In this document: positions 46,538 through 54,529 of the stretch, in pieces | How positions within the stretch are numbered: the stretch's first letter is position 1 | Layout of the letters: every line of letters starts with the position of its first letter | Origin: Patescibacteria group bacterium | Lineage (GTDB): Bacteria > Patescibacteriota > Saccharimonadia > Saccharimonadales > JAZKJC01 | Direction of reading: 5' to 3' | NCBI GenBank assembly: GCA_040384565.1 | Contig: JAZKJC010000011.1 | Coordinates: 1-59,973, forward strand | DNA length: 59,973 nucleotides | Notes under the pieces: model-generated | Databases searched by the model: none | Told to the model about the DNA's origin: nothing | Seen by the model: only the letters and a program-made list of their open reading frames with translations | Made by a program: the position numbers and the translations under genes

Positions 46538-47719
46538 TTAAAAAAATCGTCTAACATCGACAATGGTTATGAGCACAAAAAGTATCATCAGGATAGCGAA
46601 ACCAGAACCGTGAATTAATTCCTCGGTTTTTTGGTGCAGTGGTTTTCGGGCGGCTCGGAATAACAATGTCACAAATAATCTGCCGCCATCTAAGGCAGGT
46701 ATAGGCAGTACGTTCATAATTGCCAATGTTAGAGATATGAGAGCAATTATAAACAGCACGAATGCAATGCCTAGTTCGCTTCCATCTCTTAAGACAAAGA
46801 ATATTGCCAATGGACCGCCGATGTCTTTGGTGGCTCGTTCGTGGCCGTCTTGCCTGGCGGCTTGATTGCCGGTAAACAAACCTGCGAAAATTGATCCTAG
46901 CCCCTTAAGAGCTTTGCCTAAGCCTTTAAATGTCACTTCGGTGAGTTGCTTTGTGGTACCCACTGCAACTATTGGCGCAGCCCACGTATAACGGACAAAC
47001 TTCATGCCCGACTGGCCGGAGCGTGTTTGTACCCCAAGATAGCCTTGAGTTTTGGCAAGCTCAGTCGAGTTCAATTTTACTTCTTTTGTTAATAGCTGAT
47101 CGTTCCGTTTTATAACTACAGAAACGTTACTGGCCGGCTTAGACCTTGTAAGGCTAGCCAGGTCCTCATGCGAATCTATTGGCTGGCCGTCTATTGATAT
47201 TATTTCGTCGTCGTTTTTCAAATCTGCCCTGGAAGCTGGGGTGTCTTTTATGACCTGGCCCACCAACAACACCCCCTTGTTGTCTACGTCTTTAACAACA
47301 TGCTCATTACCTTTTACTGTAAATTGATTCGGCAATAATTCTTTTGGCAGCTGAGGCATGCCAATAAGACCTACAATCATAAAAAGAACTAAAGCCGTTA
47401 ACAAGTTCATTACTACGCCTGCCAACATTATTTTTACTTTAGTGCCTAGCGGCGCGGCTCCAAAGCTACCGGGCCGTTTATCTTCATCATTTTCACCTTT
47501 TAGTTTTACAAAGCCACCAAGCGGTAGCCAGTTTAGGGTAAAGTTAAAGTGGCCCTTGGGACTTTTGATACGTTTTTTCCAAGCACGAGGTGGAAAGCCA
47601 ATTCCAAATTCCTCTACCTCTACACCTCCCCGGCGAGCCTCAACAAAGTGGCCAAATTCGTGAACCACCACCAGGCCTATAAACAAGATGAGCCCAAGAA
47701 TTAAAAGTATGACTGCCAT
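46538..47719 (-). CDS. rseP: RIP metalloprotease RseP (M50, PDZ)
   Basis: HEFGH, LPLGGFVKL, NVLPIPALDGG. Confidence 0.93.
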   Translation of the reverse strand: MAVILLILGLILFIGLVVVHEFGHFVEARRGGVEVEEFGIGFPPRAWKKRIKSPKGHFNFTLNWLPLGGFVKLKGENDEDKRPGSFGAAPLGTKVKIMLAGVVMNLLTALVLFMIVGLIGMPQLPKELLPNQFTVKGNEHVVKDVDNKGVLLVGQVIKDTPASRADLKNDDEIISIDGQPIDSHEDLASLTRSKPASNVSVVIKRNDQLLTKEVKLNSTELAKTQGYLGVQTRSGQSGMKFVRYTWAAPIVAVGTTKQLTEVTFKGLGKALKGLGSIFAGLFTGNQAARQDGHERATKDIGGPLAIFFVLRDGSELGIAFVLFIIALISLTLAIMNVLPIPALDGGRLFVTLLFRAARKPLHQKTEELIHGSGFAILMILFVLITIVDVRRFF

Positions 47720-47740
47720 ATTGTCCTATTATAGAGTTTA

Positions 47741-47794
47741 TAGTGGTTAGTGAATAGTGGTTAGTGAATAGTGGTTAGTGAATAGTGGTTAGTG
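47741..47794. repeat. 14-bp (2x7) tandem repeat TAGTGGT-TAGTGAA
   Basis: Nearly four perfect 14-mers between uppS and rseP. Confidence 0.93.
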
Positions 47795-47808
47795 AGATTT
47801 TAGAAGAA

Positions 47809-48504
47809 TCAGGCGCCAAAACGACGTCGCCGTTTAGCAAATTCTACTAAGGCGTCGTCTAGATCTTTAGTTGTAAAATCTGGCCAATGCTTGTCTGTAA
47901 AATACAGCTCCGAATAGGCAGCCCGCCAAAGCATAAAATTACTAATCCTCTGCTCTCCAGAGGTGCGTATTATAAAATCGACAGGTGGAATTTCTGGGGC
48001 GTACAACATAGAGGCGAATTTTTCTAACGTAATCTCAGTAGATGATTTTGCTTGCTTTAGTAACTTGTTGGTGGCATCAACTATTTCCTGCTGACCGCCA
48101 TAGTTAAAACAAAGAGCCAGTGTACCTTTAGAATTATTCTTGGTAAGTTCTTCGGCTTTTTGTATAACTTTGACTAGCTTATCCGATAAACCATCGCGAC
48201 GTCCCAGGAAACGCACCCTAATACCATCTTTGTTTACTTCATTGAGTTCATGTGTGGTGAGCCAGAGCGCCAGATCCATCAAATATTTGACTTCATCCTT
48301 GCTTCTGTTCCAGTTTTCAGCGGAAAATATGTAGGCCGATATATATGGAACGCCTCTTTTCACCGCATGCCTACCAATATCTTTTAGATTACTGTAGCCA
48401 ATCCGGTGGCCCTCCAGATTAGGAAGTCCCTGGGCTTTAGCCCAACGTCTATTTCCGTCAAGGATCAAACCAATATGATTAGGTATAACTACAGTTTTAG
48501 CCAT
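47809..48504 (-). CDS. uppS: polyprenyl (undecaprenyl) diphosphate synthase
   Basis: ILDGNRRWA, FSAENW, RTSGEQRISNF, RRRFG; start MAKTVV. Confidence 0.96.
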   Translation of the reverse strand: MAKTVVIPNHIGLILDGNRRWAKAQGLPNLEGHRIGYSNLKDIGRHAVKRGVPYISAYIFSAENWNRSKDEVKYLMDLALWLTTHELNEVNKDGIRVRFLGRRDGLSDKLVKVIQKAEELTKNNSKGTLALCFNYGGQQEIVDATNKLLKQAKSSTEITLEKFASMLYAPEIPPVDFIIRTSGEQRISNFMLWRAAYSELYFTDKHWPDFTTKDLDDALVEFAKRRRRFGA

Positions 48505-48516
48505 AGAGCAATATTG

Positions 48517-48680
48517 TATACCCAAACAACCCAGCTTTCCGAATTTATAACCCGTCTTTTCCGGCTACAACTGACTAAAAATCTCAAGATGTAGGGTCAG
48601 CTACCTCTTAAGATTTTTAGTCAGTTTCGCTCAAAAAATCCTGGGTTCTAATTTTCGGAAAGCTACGCCATTTGGGTATA
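48517..48680. repeat. 164-bp long imperfect palindrome between frr and uppS
   Basis: TATACCCAAA/TTTGGGTATA, AGCTTTCCGAA/TTCGGAAAGCT, AACTGACTAAAAATCT/AGATTTTTAGTCAGTT. Confidence 0.92.
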
Positions 48681-48682
48681 AC

Positions 48683-49246
48683 TCAAATTTTCAGGATTTC
48701 CTGCTCTTTTGCACTTGCTGCAGATTCTACTTCGCCCTTTGCTTGGTTCATGGCGTTATCTACTTGTTTTTCTAGACGTTTGGCCTCGTCCTCGCCAATA
48801 TCTTTGTCTTTTTTGGCTTCATCGACTGTTTTAATTGCTTCGTGGCGGCTATTACGCAGGCTGACCATGGCGTCTTCTGCCTTGGTGTTCAGAATTTTGA
48901 CGAATTCCCGGCGGCGCTCTTCATTGAGTGGTGGGATCTGCACGCGTACCACCCGCCCATCGTCCATTGGATTAAGCCCAAGGTTCGGGTTGTCACGAAT
49001 AGCGGTACTTATAGCAGCTAGATTTGAGGCGTCAAATGGGGTAATTTGCAGCAGTTGGCCTTCTGGCGCAGTTACGGTAGCAACCTGTATCAGTGGCATT
49101 GGGGTTCCATAGGCCTCAACCGTGATTCCATCCAGCATACTAGGGTGCGCCCGACCGGTCCGCACAGTTTTAATATCTTCCAGAAAATGCGCCACCGCTT
49201 GGGTAAATTTAGTCTTAGCCTGTTCAACAACTTGGTTTGGTGTCAT
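48683..49246 (-). CDS. frr: ribosome recycling factor
   Basis: RTGRA, YG..MPL.QVA, PPLNEERR. Confidence 0.96.
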   Translation of the reverse strand: MTPNQVVEQAKTKFTQAVAHFLEDIKTVRTGRAHPSMLDGITVEAYGTPMPLIQVATVTAPEGQLLQITPFDASNLAAISTAIRDNPNLGLNPMDDGRVVRVQIPPLNEERRREFVKILNTKAEDAMVSLRNSRHEAIKTVDEAKKDKDIGEDEAKRLEKQVDNAMNQAKGEVESAASAKEQEILKI

Positions 49247-49293
49247 AGATTCCGCTTACATTACAGACAATAGTATAGCAGTCAGAGATTATT

Positions 49294-49563
49294 TTATTTT
49301 TCATCAACCATACTGCCCAGAACCATATATAAAGCTGCCGTAAGAGTTAGACTGTCATGTTGTCTTGCATTCTGAAAATGCTGTAAATAAATATCAACGC
49401 TGGTGGCCGCATCATGCATTTCTTTTTCGCATTCAGCCTCAAAGAGAGCGATTGCACGGACAGACGCAGCACTTTTTAACGCAAAGCTTGTCATGGATTG
49501 TAACGCCCAATTTTGGCCTAATTCAGTAAATGTAGCGGATGCTAAAGACGCTTCGTATGTCAT
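49294..49563 (-). CDS. hypothetical protein
   Basis: 89-aa ORF in the position usually held by pyrH. Confidence 0.4.
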   Translation of the reverse strand: MTYEASLASATFTELGQNWALQSMTSFALKSAASVRAIALFEAECEKEMHDAATSVDIYLQHFQNARQHDSLTLTAALYMVLGSMVDEK

Positions 49564-49598
49564 AAGTAAATAATGCAGCCTATCTTCTATAATGTCAA

Positions 49599-50198
49599 TT
49601 ATGTAATTTCACCGAGCTGAAGGCGGGAGAAGCGGCGGACTACTATGTTTTCGCCTAGTTTAGCTATTGCTTCTTTAACATAGGCATCTACGGTTTGGTC
49701 GGGATTTTTGACGAAAGGCTGGTTCAACAGGCACTTTTCTGCAAAATGCTTTTTGAGCATACCCTCAACAATTTGGTCAATCATCTTATCTGGCTTGCCT
49801 TCTGCCTTGGCCTTTTCGGTAAATTCGGCCTTAGCTTTTTGACTGTCATCCTCAGAAATATTTTCACTACTGACGTACTCTGGATTACTGGCGGCAATGT
49901 GCATAGCCAGATCTTTAACCAAACTGGTAAATATTTCATTACGGGCTACAAAATCGGTTTCACAGTTTACTTCTACCAGCACGCCAATGCGGCCGTCGTG
50001 GTCGTAGGTGCCGATTACTCCAGCACGAGCTTCACGTTCACCACGCTTTTCTGCTTTGGTGAGGCCTTTTTTGCGCATTGCGGCTAGGGCCGTGTCAAAA
50101 TCGCCCTTTGCTTCTATTAGAGCGGCTTTGGCATCGGTAATGCCTACGCCGGTTAGTTCTCTTAATCGTTTAATTTCTTCGATACTTATTTCTGGCAT
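49599..50198 (-). CDS. tsf: elongation factor Ts (short form)
   Basis: LRELTG, EVNCETDFVA, LGENIVVRRF. Confidence 0.97.
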   Translation of the reverse strand: MPEISIEEIKRLRELTGVGITDAKAALIEAKGDFDTALAAMRKKGLTKAEKRGEREARAGVIGTYDHDGRIGVLVEVNCETDFVARNEIFTSLVKDLAMHIAASNPEYVSSENISEDDSQKAKAEFTEKAKAEGKPDKMIDQIVEGMLKKHFAEKCLLNQPFVKNPDQTVDAYVKEAIAKLGENIVVRRFSRLQLGEIT

Positions 50199-50220
50199 TT
50201 ATCATCTCCTTTCAGTCGAG

Positions 50221-50323
50221 AATTTTCAATTTACAATTATCAATCAATGCCCTAATTTTCAATGTTTCAAACATTTGGGATTTGTAAATTGAATGAAAAT
50301 TGAAAATTGGAGGTTTGAAAATT
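50221..50323. repeat. heptamer-period hairpin (AATTTTC/GAAAATT family) between rpsB and tsf
   Basis: AATTTTC AATTTAC AATTATC... mirrored by ...GTAAATT GAAT GAAAATT GAAAATT. Confidence 0.85.
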
Positions 50324-51180
50324 TAAGCTGGCTCGGCTTCTGGTTTGATTTTTGACGCAGCGGCGGTTTTAGGCTCAGGCTTATCGGCTGCTGGCTGTTT
50401 TTTGGCATGCGCCGCTTTGCCTGATTCTATTGCTGCCTGGACATAATCCGCGACTAGCTGGATGGTTTTGATGGCGTCGTCATTGGCCGGGATGGGGTAA
50501 TCAATGAGGGTTGGGTCTGCGTTGGTGTCCACAATTGCTACCACGGGTACGCCAAGTTTAACGGCTTCCCGGACGGCATTCAGGTTGTGGTTGACGTCTG
50601 TAACAAACATTGCTCCAGGTTTGATAGCCAGGTCTTTGATGCCGCCATACAGGTGGTTCATTTCGTCAATTTCTTCCTGGAAACGCTGGACTTCCAGCTT
50701 GCTGTATTTGGCCGCCAGCGCACCATTGGCCATTTTTTCTTCCAGATCTTTGAGGTGCTTGATGCGCCCACCAATGGTATTACGGTTGGTTAGCATACCG
50801 CCAAGCCAACGCTCGGTCACAAACGGCATGGACGTTTCATCGGCCAGCTTACGAACAATGTCTTGCGCTTGTCGTTTGGTCCCAACTACCAGTATTTGTT
50901 TACCTGTCCCAGCTGTTTCTTCCAGAAATGCCAAAGCCCTTTCCAGTTGTTCCACGGTTTTAACAAGATCGATAATGTGAGTACCGCCCCTTTTGCTGTG
51001 AATGTATGGCGCCATTTTAGGATGCCACCTACTGGTTTTGTGCCCAAAGTGCGCGCCGGCCTCTAGTAGTTTTTTAATATCTACCCCCTTAGAAACACGT
51101 TTAGTCTCCGGGGTAGATTTGGTTTTGTCTGCGAGTTCCTCGTTTGTAATGTTTTTAACGGGGTCTACATCTGTAGCCAT
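50323..51180 (-). CDS. rpsB: 30S ribosomal protein S2 with N-terminal palindromic insertion
   Basis: LLEAGAHFGH, WHPKM, RWLGGMLTN, PANDDA. Confidence 0.97.
   Translation of the reverse strand: MATDVDPVKNITNEELADKTKSTPETKRVSKGVDIKKLLEAGAHFGHKTSRWHPKMAPYIHSKRGGTHIIDLVKTVEQLERALAFLEETAGTGKQILVVGTKRQAQDIVRKLADETSMPFVTERWLGGMLTNRNTIGGRIKHLKDLEEKMANGALAAKYSKLEVQRFQEEIDEMNHLYGGIKDLAIKPGAMFVTDVNHNLNAVREAVKLGVPVVAIVDTNADPTLIDYPIPANDDAIKTIQLVADYVQAAIESGKAAHAKKQPAADKPEPKTAAASKIKPEAEPA
51080..51168. repeat. 84-bp in-frame inverted-repeat insertion in rpsB
   Basis: ACCCCCTTAGAAAC / GTTTTTAACGGGGT (12/14) bounded by direct repeat TCTAC 84 nt apart. Confidence 0.7.
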
Positions 51181-51316
51181 ATAGCCAATAGATCCTTTCC
51201 TGGTTCTTGATCTTCGTTTGGGAGCCTAAGTTGATCCGCTCAAGGTGTCAACAAGGAGAACCTGTCCCCAAACTGCTTAATTTAATACTCAGTAATCTTA
51301 ACAGATGGGTTACAGA

Positions 51317-51345
51317 TTGACAAGTCTTAGGATTTTCTGTACACT
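51317..51345 (+). promoter_or_regulatory. sigma70 promoter of rpmE-prfA
   Basis: TTGACA-17-TACACT, 9 nt before ATG. Confidence 0.75.
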
Positions 51346-51354
51346 ACAGCGAAT

Positions 51355-51705
51355 ATGAAACAAGGTATTCACCCAGCTAGCTATCGCCCGGTTGTGTTTC
51401 AGGATCTTAATGACAACACGACTTTTTTGACGCAGTCTACTGTGGCTACTGATGACACTATCAAGCTTGACGGCAAAGAATACCCTTTGGTTAAGGTCCA
51501 TATCTCCAGCGCATCTCATCCTTTCTTTACCGGCCAGGAGAAATTGATGGACATTGAAGGCCGGGTTGATAAGTTCAAAGCCCGCCAAGAAGCTGCCAAA
51601 AACCGCGCCGAAGCCATGAAAAAGGCAGCCACCAAAACTCGCACCAAAGCCCCTAAGGCCGAAGAAGCGCAGAAAATTGGTAGCCTTAAACCAGGCAGAA
51701 AATAG
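51355..51705 (+). CDS. rpmE: 50S ribosomal protein L31 type B (Zn-independent) with basic C-terminal tail
   Basis: MKQGIHP..YRPVVFQD, ISSASHPFFTG, GRVDKF; no CxxC. Confidence 0.95.
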   Translation: MKQGIHPASYRPVVFQDLNDNTTFLTQSTVATDDTIKLDGKEYPLVKVHISSASHPFFTGQEKLMDIEGRVDKFKARQEAAKNRAEAMKKAATKTRTKAPKAEEAQKIGSLKPGRK

Positions 51706-51778
51706 TCAACAGTCTACACCTGACAGTAAACTGACAAACAAAAGCTCACTGTTAACTGTCGACTGTTAACTGTAAACT
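51704..51778. repeat. heptamer-period hairpin (AGTCAAC/CTGTTAA family) between rpmE and prfA
   Basis: AGTCAAC AGTCTAC... mirrored by CTGTTAA CTGTCGA CTGTTAA CTGTAAA. Confidence 0.8.
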
Positions 51779-52840
51779 ATGCATATGGATCAGAAAGAAC
51801 AAGCACTACGAGCTGAATACGAGGAACTGCAAGCTAAACTGCAGAACCCCAGTATTTTTAGTGATCCGGGATATCCTAAACTCGCCAAGCGTCAGAAGGA
51901 GCTTGAAGAAACGCTTAGATTGTTTGGCGATGTTAGGCTATTAAATAAAGAGCTTAGTGAAGCCTCAGAACTGGCTCATGGCAATGATGAAATGGCTGAA
52001 CTAGCCAAAACTGAAGTTACTGACCTTGCAGCCAAGCTATCAGCTATCAGCTATCAGCTATCAGCACTTCTTACGCCAAAAGATCCCAATGATGAGCGGG
52101 ACGTTATCGTCGAGATCCGGGCTGGGGCCGGTGGCGATGAGGCCAGTTTGTTTGCGGGAGAGTTATACCGCATGTATGTACGCTGGACGGAAACTCATAG
52201 CTACAAAACCGAACTTATTAGCGAAAGCCCCTCGGAATCTGGCGGTTTTAAAGAAATTATTTTTGCCATCCGTGGCATTGACGCATATCGTAATTTGAAG
52301 TTTGAAGCCGGCGTCCACCGCGTCCAACGTGTCCCTGTTACCGAAAGCCAAGGACGAATACATACCAGCACAGTTACTGTAGCCGCCATGCCGGAAGCCG
52401 AGGAAACTGATATTGAAATTAAAGATTCAGATTTGCGCATAGATGTATTCCGCTCTGGCGGGCACGGTGGCCAATCTGTTAACACTACTGATTCTGCAGT
52501 CCGGATTACTCACCTGCCCTCTGGCCTGGTTGTAGCTAATCAGGATGAAAAGTCGCAGATCAAGAATAAAGCCAAAGCTATGAGCGTCTTGAGATCGCGT
52601 TTGCTACAAGTCAAACTGGACCAAGAAGCCAGCCGCTTAAGTGACGCACGCAAAAAACTGATCGGCACAGGTGACCGCTCAGAAAAAATCCGCACCTATA
52701 ACTTCCCCCAGGACCGCATTACCGACCACCGCATCGGCTACAGCCGCAGCAACATCCCCGCCGCCTTGAACGGCGAAATAGACGACTTAATAGAACAACT
52801 ACACACTGCCGAACACGAACTGATCAGTCAAGACAGCTGA
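51779..52840 (+). CDS. prfA: peptide chain release factor 1
   Basis: [33 protein letters not shown]. Confidence 0.97.
   Translation: MHMDQKEQALRAEYEELQAKLQNPSIFSDPGYPKLAKRQKELEETLRLFGDVRLLNKELSEASELAHGNDEMAELAKTEVTDLAAKLSAISYQLSALLTPKDPNDERDVIVEIRAGAGGDEASLFAGELYRMYVRWTETHSYKTELISESPSESGGFKEIIFAIRGIDAYRNLKFEAGVHRVQRVPVTESQGRIHTSTVTVAAMPEAEETDIEIKDSDLRIDVFRSGGHGGQSVNTTDSAVRITHLPSGLVVANQDEKSQIKNKAKAMSVLRSRLLQVKLDQEASRLSDARKKLIGTGDRSEKIRTYNFPQDRITDHRIGYSRSNIPAALNGEIDDLIEQLHTAEHELISQDS
52035..52065. repeat. in-frame heptamer tandem repeat (AGCTATC)x4+ in prfA
   Basis: Four perfect units plus AGC; encodes LSAISYQLS. Confidence 0.95.
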
Positions 52841-52864
52841 TTTTTGTGCTATGATTTACGTACT

Positions 52865-53107
52865 ATGGCTCAGGACGGATTTACAAAATTGTTCAAATAC
52901 ATCGAGGACCGATTTGATAAGGTTGATGTAAAGTTTGATAAACAAAACAAAAAAATCGATGATCTGTCGGCAGCTGTTGGGGAGTTAGGAGCTCAACTAC
53001 GAGAATACCATCAGGAAATGGTTTTCCTGACACACAAAGTCGACCGTATGGAGCGCTGGATCCATGAAATTGCCAAACAAACTGGCGTAAAATTATCTGA
53101 AGCATAA
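52865..53107 (+). CDS. small coiled-coil protein (FTKLFKY...KQTG family)
   Basis: Paralogue of 1317..1565; start MAQDGFTKLFKY. Confidence 0.75.
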   Translation: MAQDGFTKLFKYIEDRFDKVDVKFDKQNKKIDDLSAAVGELGAQLREYHQEMVFLTHKVDRMERWIHEIAKQTGVKLSEA

Positions 53108-53116
53108 GTTAATACT

Positions 53117-53992
53117 TTGAGAGTTCAAGAATTCTTAAAATCATCAGAGCAGCGGTTGGCAGCGGCTGGGATTGCCACCGCGCGCTTAGATTGCCTGGTT
53201 CTACTTGAAGACGCCACAGGTAAAGATCGCTCCTGGCTGATTGCCCATCCAGAATACCTGTTACAAGGCCCGGCCTTGAACATATTGAATGCACAAGTTC
53301 AACGACGCGAGAAGCATGAGCCGCTGGCTTACGTCCGCGGCAAAAGCGAGTTCTACGGCCGTGAGTTTAAAGTCAGCAAAGACACCCTGGAACCACGCCC
53401 CGAAACCGAGACAATGATAGACCTTTTAAAAGAGTTAATTCACAAATCACAAAAACCCTCCCTGTTAAAGGACAGACCTTTAACAGATGGAGGAAATGTG
53501 AATTGGCATATTGTGGATGTGGGGTCGGGGTCGGGGTGTTTGGGGATTACGGCTAAGTTGGAGCTTCCAGGTGCAACAGTCCTCGCTACTGACATCAGCT
53601 CTAGTTGCATAAAAATTGCTAAGCAAAATGCAAAAACACTTGGAGCAGATGTTAATTTTTACCAAGGCGACCTTTTGCAGCCCCTACCGTCTACCGTCTA
53701 CCGTCTACCTACTACCCTGCTCGCCAACCTGCCCTACGTTCCAGACAGTCACACCATCAACCAGGCCGCCATGTTTGAGCCCAAAATCGCAATTTTTGGA
53801 GGCGAAGATGGCCTGGATTTATACCGACAGCTCTTTCGACAAATTGCAAAAATTTCGCAAAAGCCAGCGTATATATTTACTGAGTCCCTGCCATTTCAGC
53901 ATGAAGCTTTGGCCCAGATTGCGAAAAACGTTGGTTATAAGCAGATCTTAGCTGAAGATTTTATTCTGTGCTTTCAAAATTCTGGTAGCTAG
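53117..53992 (+). CDS. prmC: release factor glutamine methyltransferase
   Basis: HEPLAY, PRPETE, DVGSGSG, ANLPY, GGEDGL; TTG start. Confidence 0.93.
   Translation: MRVQEFLKSSEQRLAAAGIATARLDCLVLLEDATGKDRSWLIAHPEYLLQGPALNILNAQVQRREKHEPLAYVRGKSEFYGREFKVSKDTLEPRPETETMIDLLKELIHKSQKPSLLKDRPLTDGGNVNWHIVDVGSGSGCLGITAKLELPGATVLATDISSSCIKIAKQNAKTLGADVNFYQGDLLQPLPSTVYRLPTTLLANLPYVPDSHTINQAAMFEPKIAIFGGEDGLDLYRQLFRQIAKISQKPAYIFTESLPFQHEALAQIAKNVGYKQILAEDFILCFQNSGS
53457..53493. repeat. in-frame AAGG-N5-CCTT palindrome in prmC
   Basis: Perfect 10-bp stem CTGTTAAAGG-ACAGA-CCTTTAACAG; related CAAGG-CCCGG-CCTTG at 53264-53278. Confidence 0.75.
53684..53716. repeat. in-frame heptamer tandem repeat (CTACCGT)x3+ in prmC
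   Basis: Same unit as 12433-12465; encodes LPSTVYRLPTT. Confidence 0.93.
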
Positions 53993-54059
53993 ATCATTGT
54001 GCCTAATAGGCTTAAGGCTTTGCTTTGGGTTGTCCTACTCTAAACTAGTTGTGAACGGT

Positions 54060-54500
54060 TTACTGAACTACAACTGTGCCGTTTGTAGTAGGATTCAGGT
54101 GGTCATGGTAGGTGTACTCGCCTGGCGTGTTGAAAGTGTAGCTATAGGTGCCACTTTCTATGCCTATGACGTCTTGACTGTCCAGCCCTTGCAGCCCGGT
54201 ATGCTCCGGATGAGGATTGCTTGCGACGCGGTGGACGCTGCTGTCTTTGTTAGTCCAGGTGACTGTGGTGCCTTTTGTAATAGATAGAGTCGCTGGCACG
54301 AAGCCATCCTTGGTAATTTCTACTTGAGCCGATGCTTGCTGTACTTGACTTTGAGGATCTTGTTTTTTAGTTTTTGTATTGTTTAGGTTGAGCGCTATGC
54401 CTATCACTAAAATTACTAGCAGTGCCATGGCAATAGCAAATACTTTTACAGTTTTGCGCGGATCATGGCTGGGGATGGGGCTTTCGTTTTCTGGTTCCAT
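54060..54500 (-). CDS. membrane-anchored cupredoxin-domain protein
   Basis: GFVPATLSI..GTTVTWTN, HRVASNPHPEH, YTYHDHL. Confidence 0.85.
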   Translation of the reverse strand: MEPENESPIPSHDPRKTVKVFAIAMALLVILVIGIALNLNNTKTKKQDPQSQVQQASAQVEITKDGFVPATLSITKGTTVTWTNKDSSVHRVASNPHPEHTGLQGLDSQDVIGIESGTYSYTFNTPGEYTYHDHLNPTTNGTVVVQ

Positions 54501-54529
54501 AGTTGTTCCTTTAATTCCTTTTACTTAAA

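Noticed and set aside
47741-47794. Possible CRISPR array
   Set aside because: Contiguous 14-bp tandem units with no spacers and no cas operon; the PD-(D/E)XK gene at 33.7 kb is a solo nuclease.
53521-53536. GGGGTC repeat in prmC
   Set aside because: It simply encodes the conserved GSGSG SAM-binding motif.
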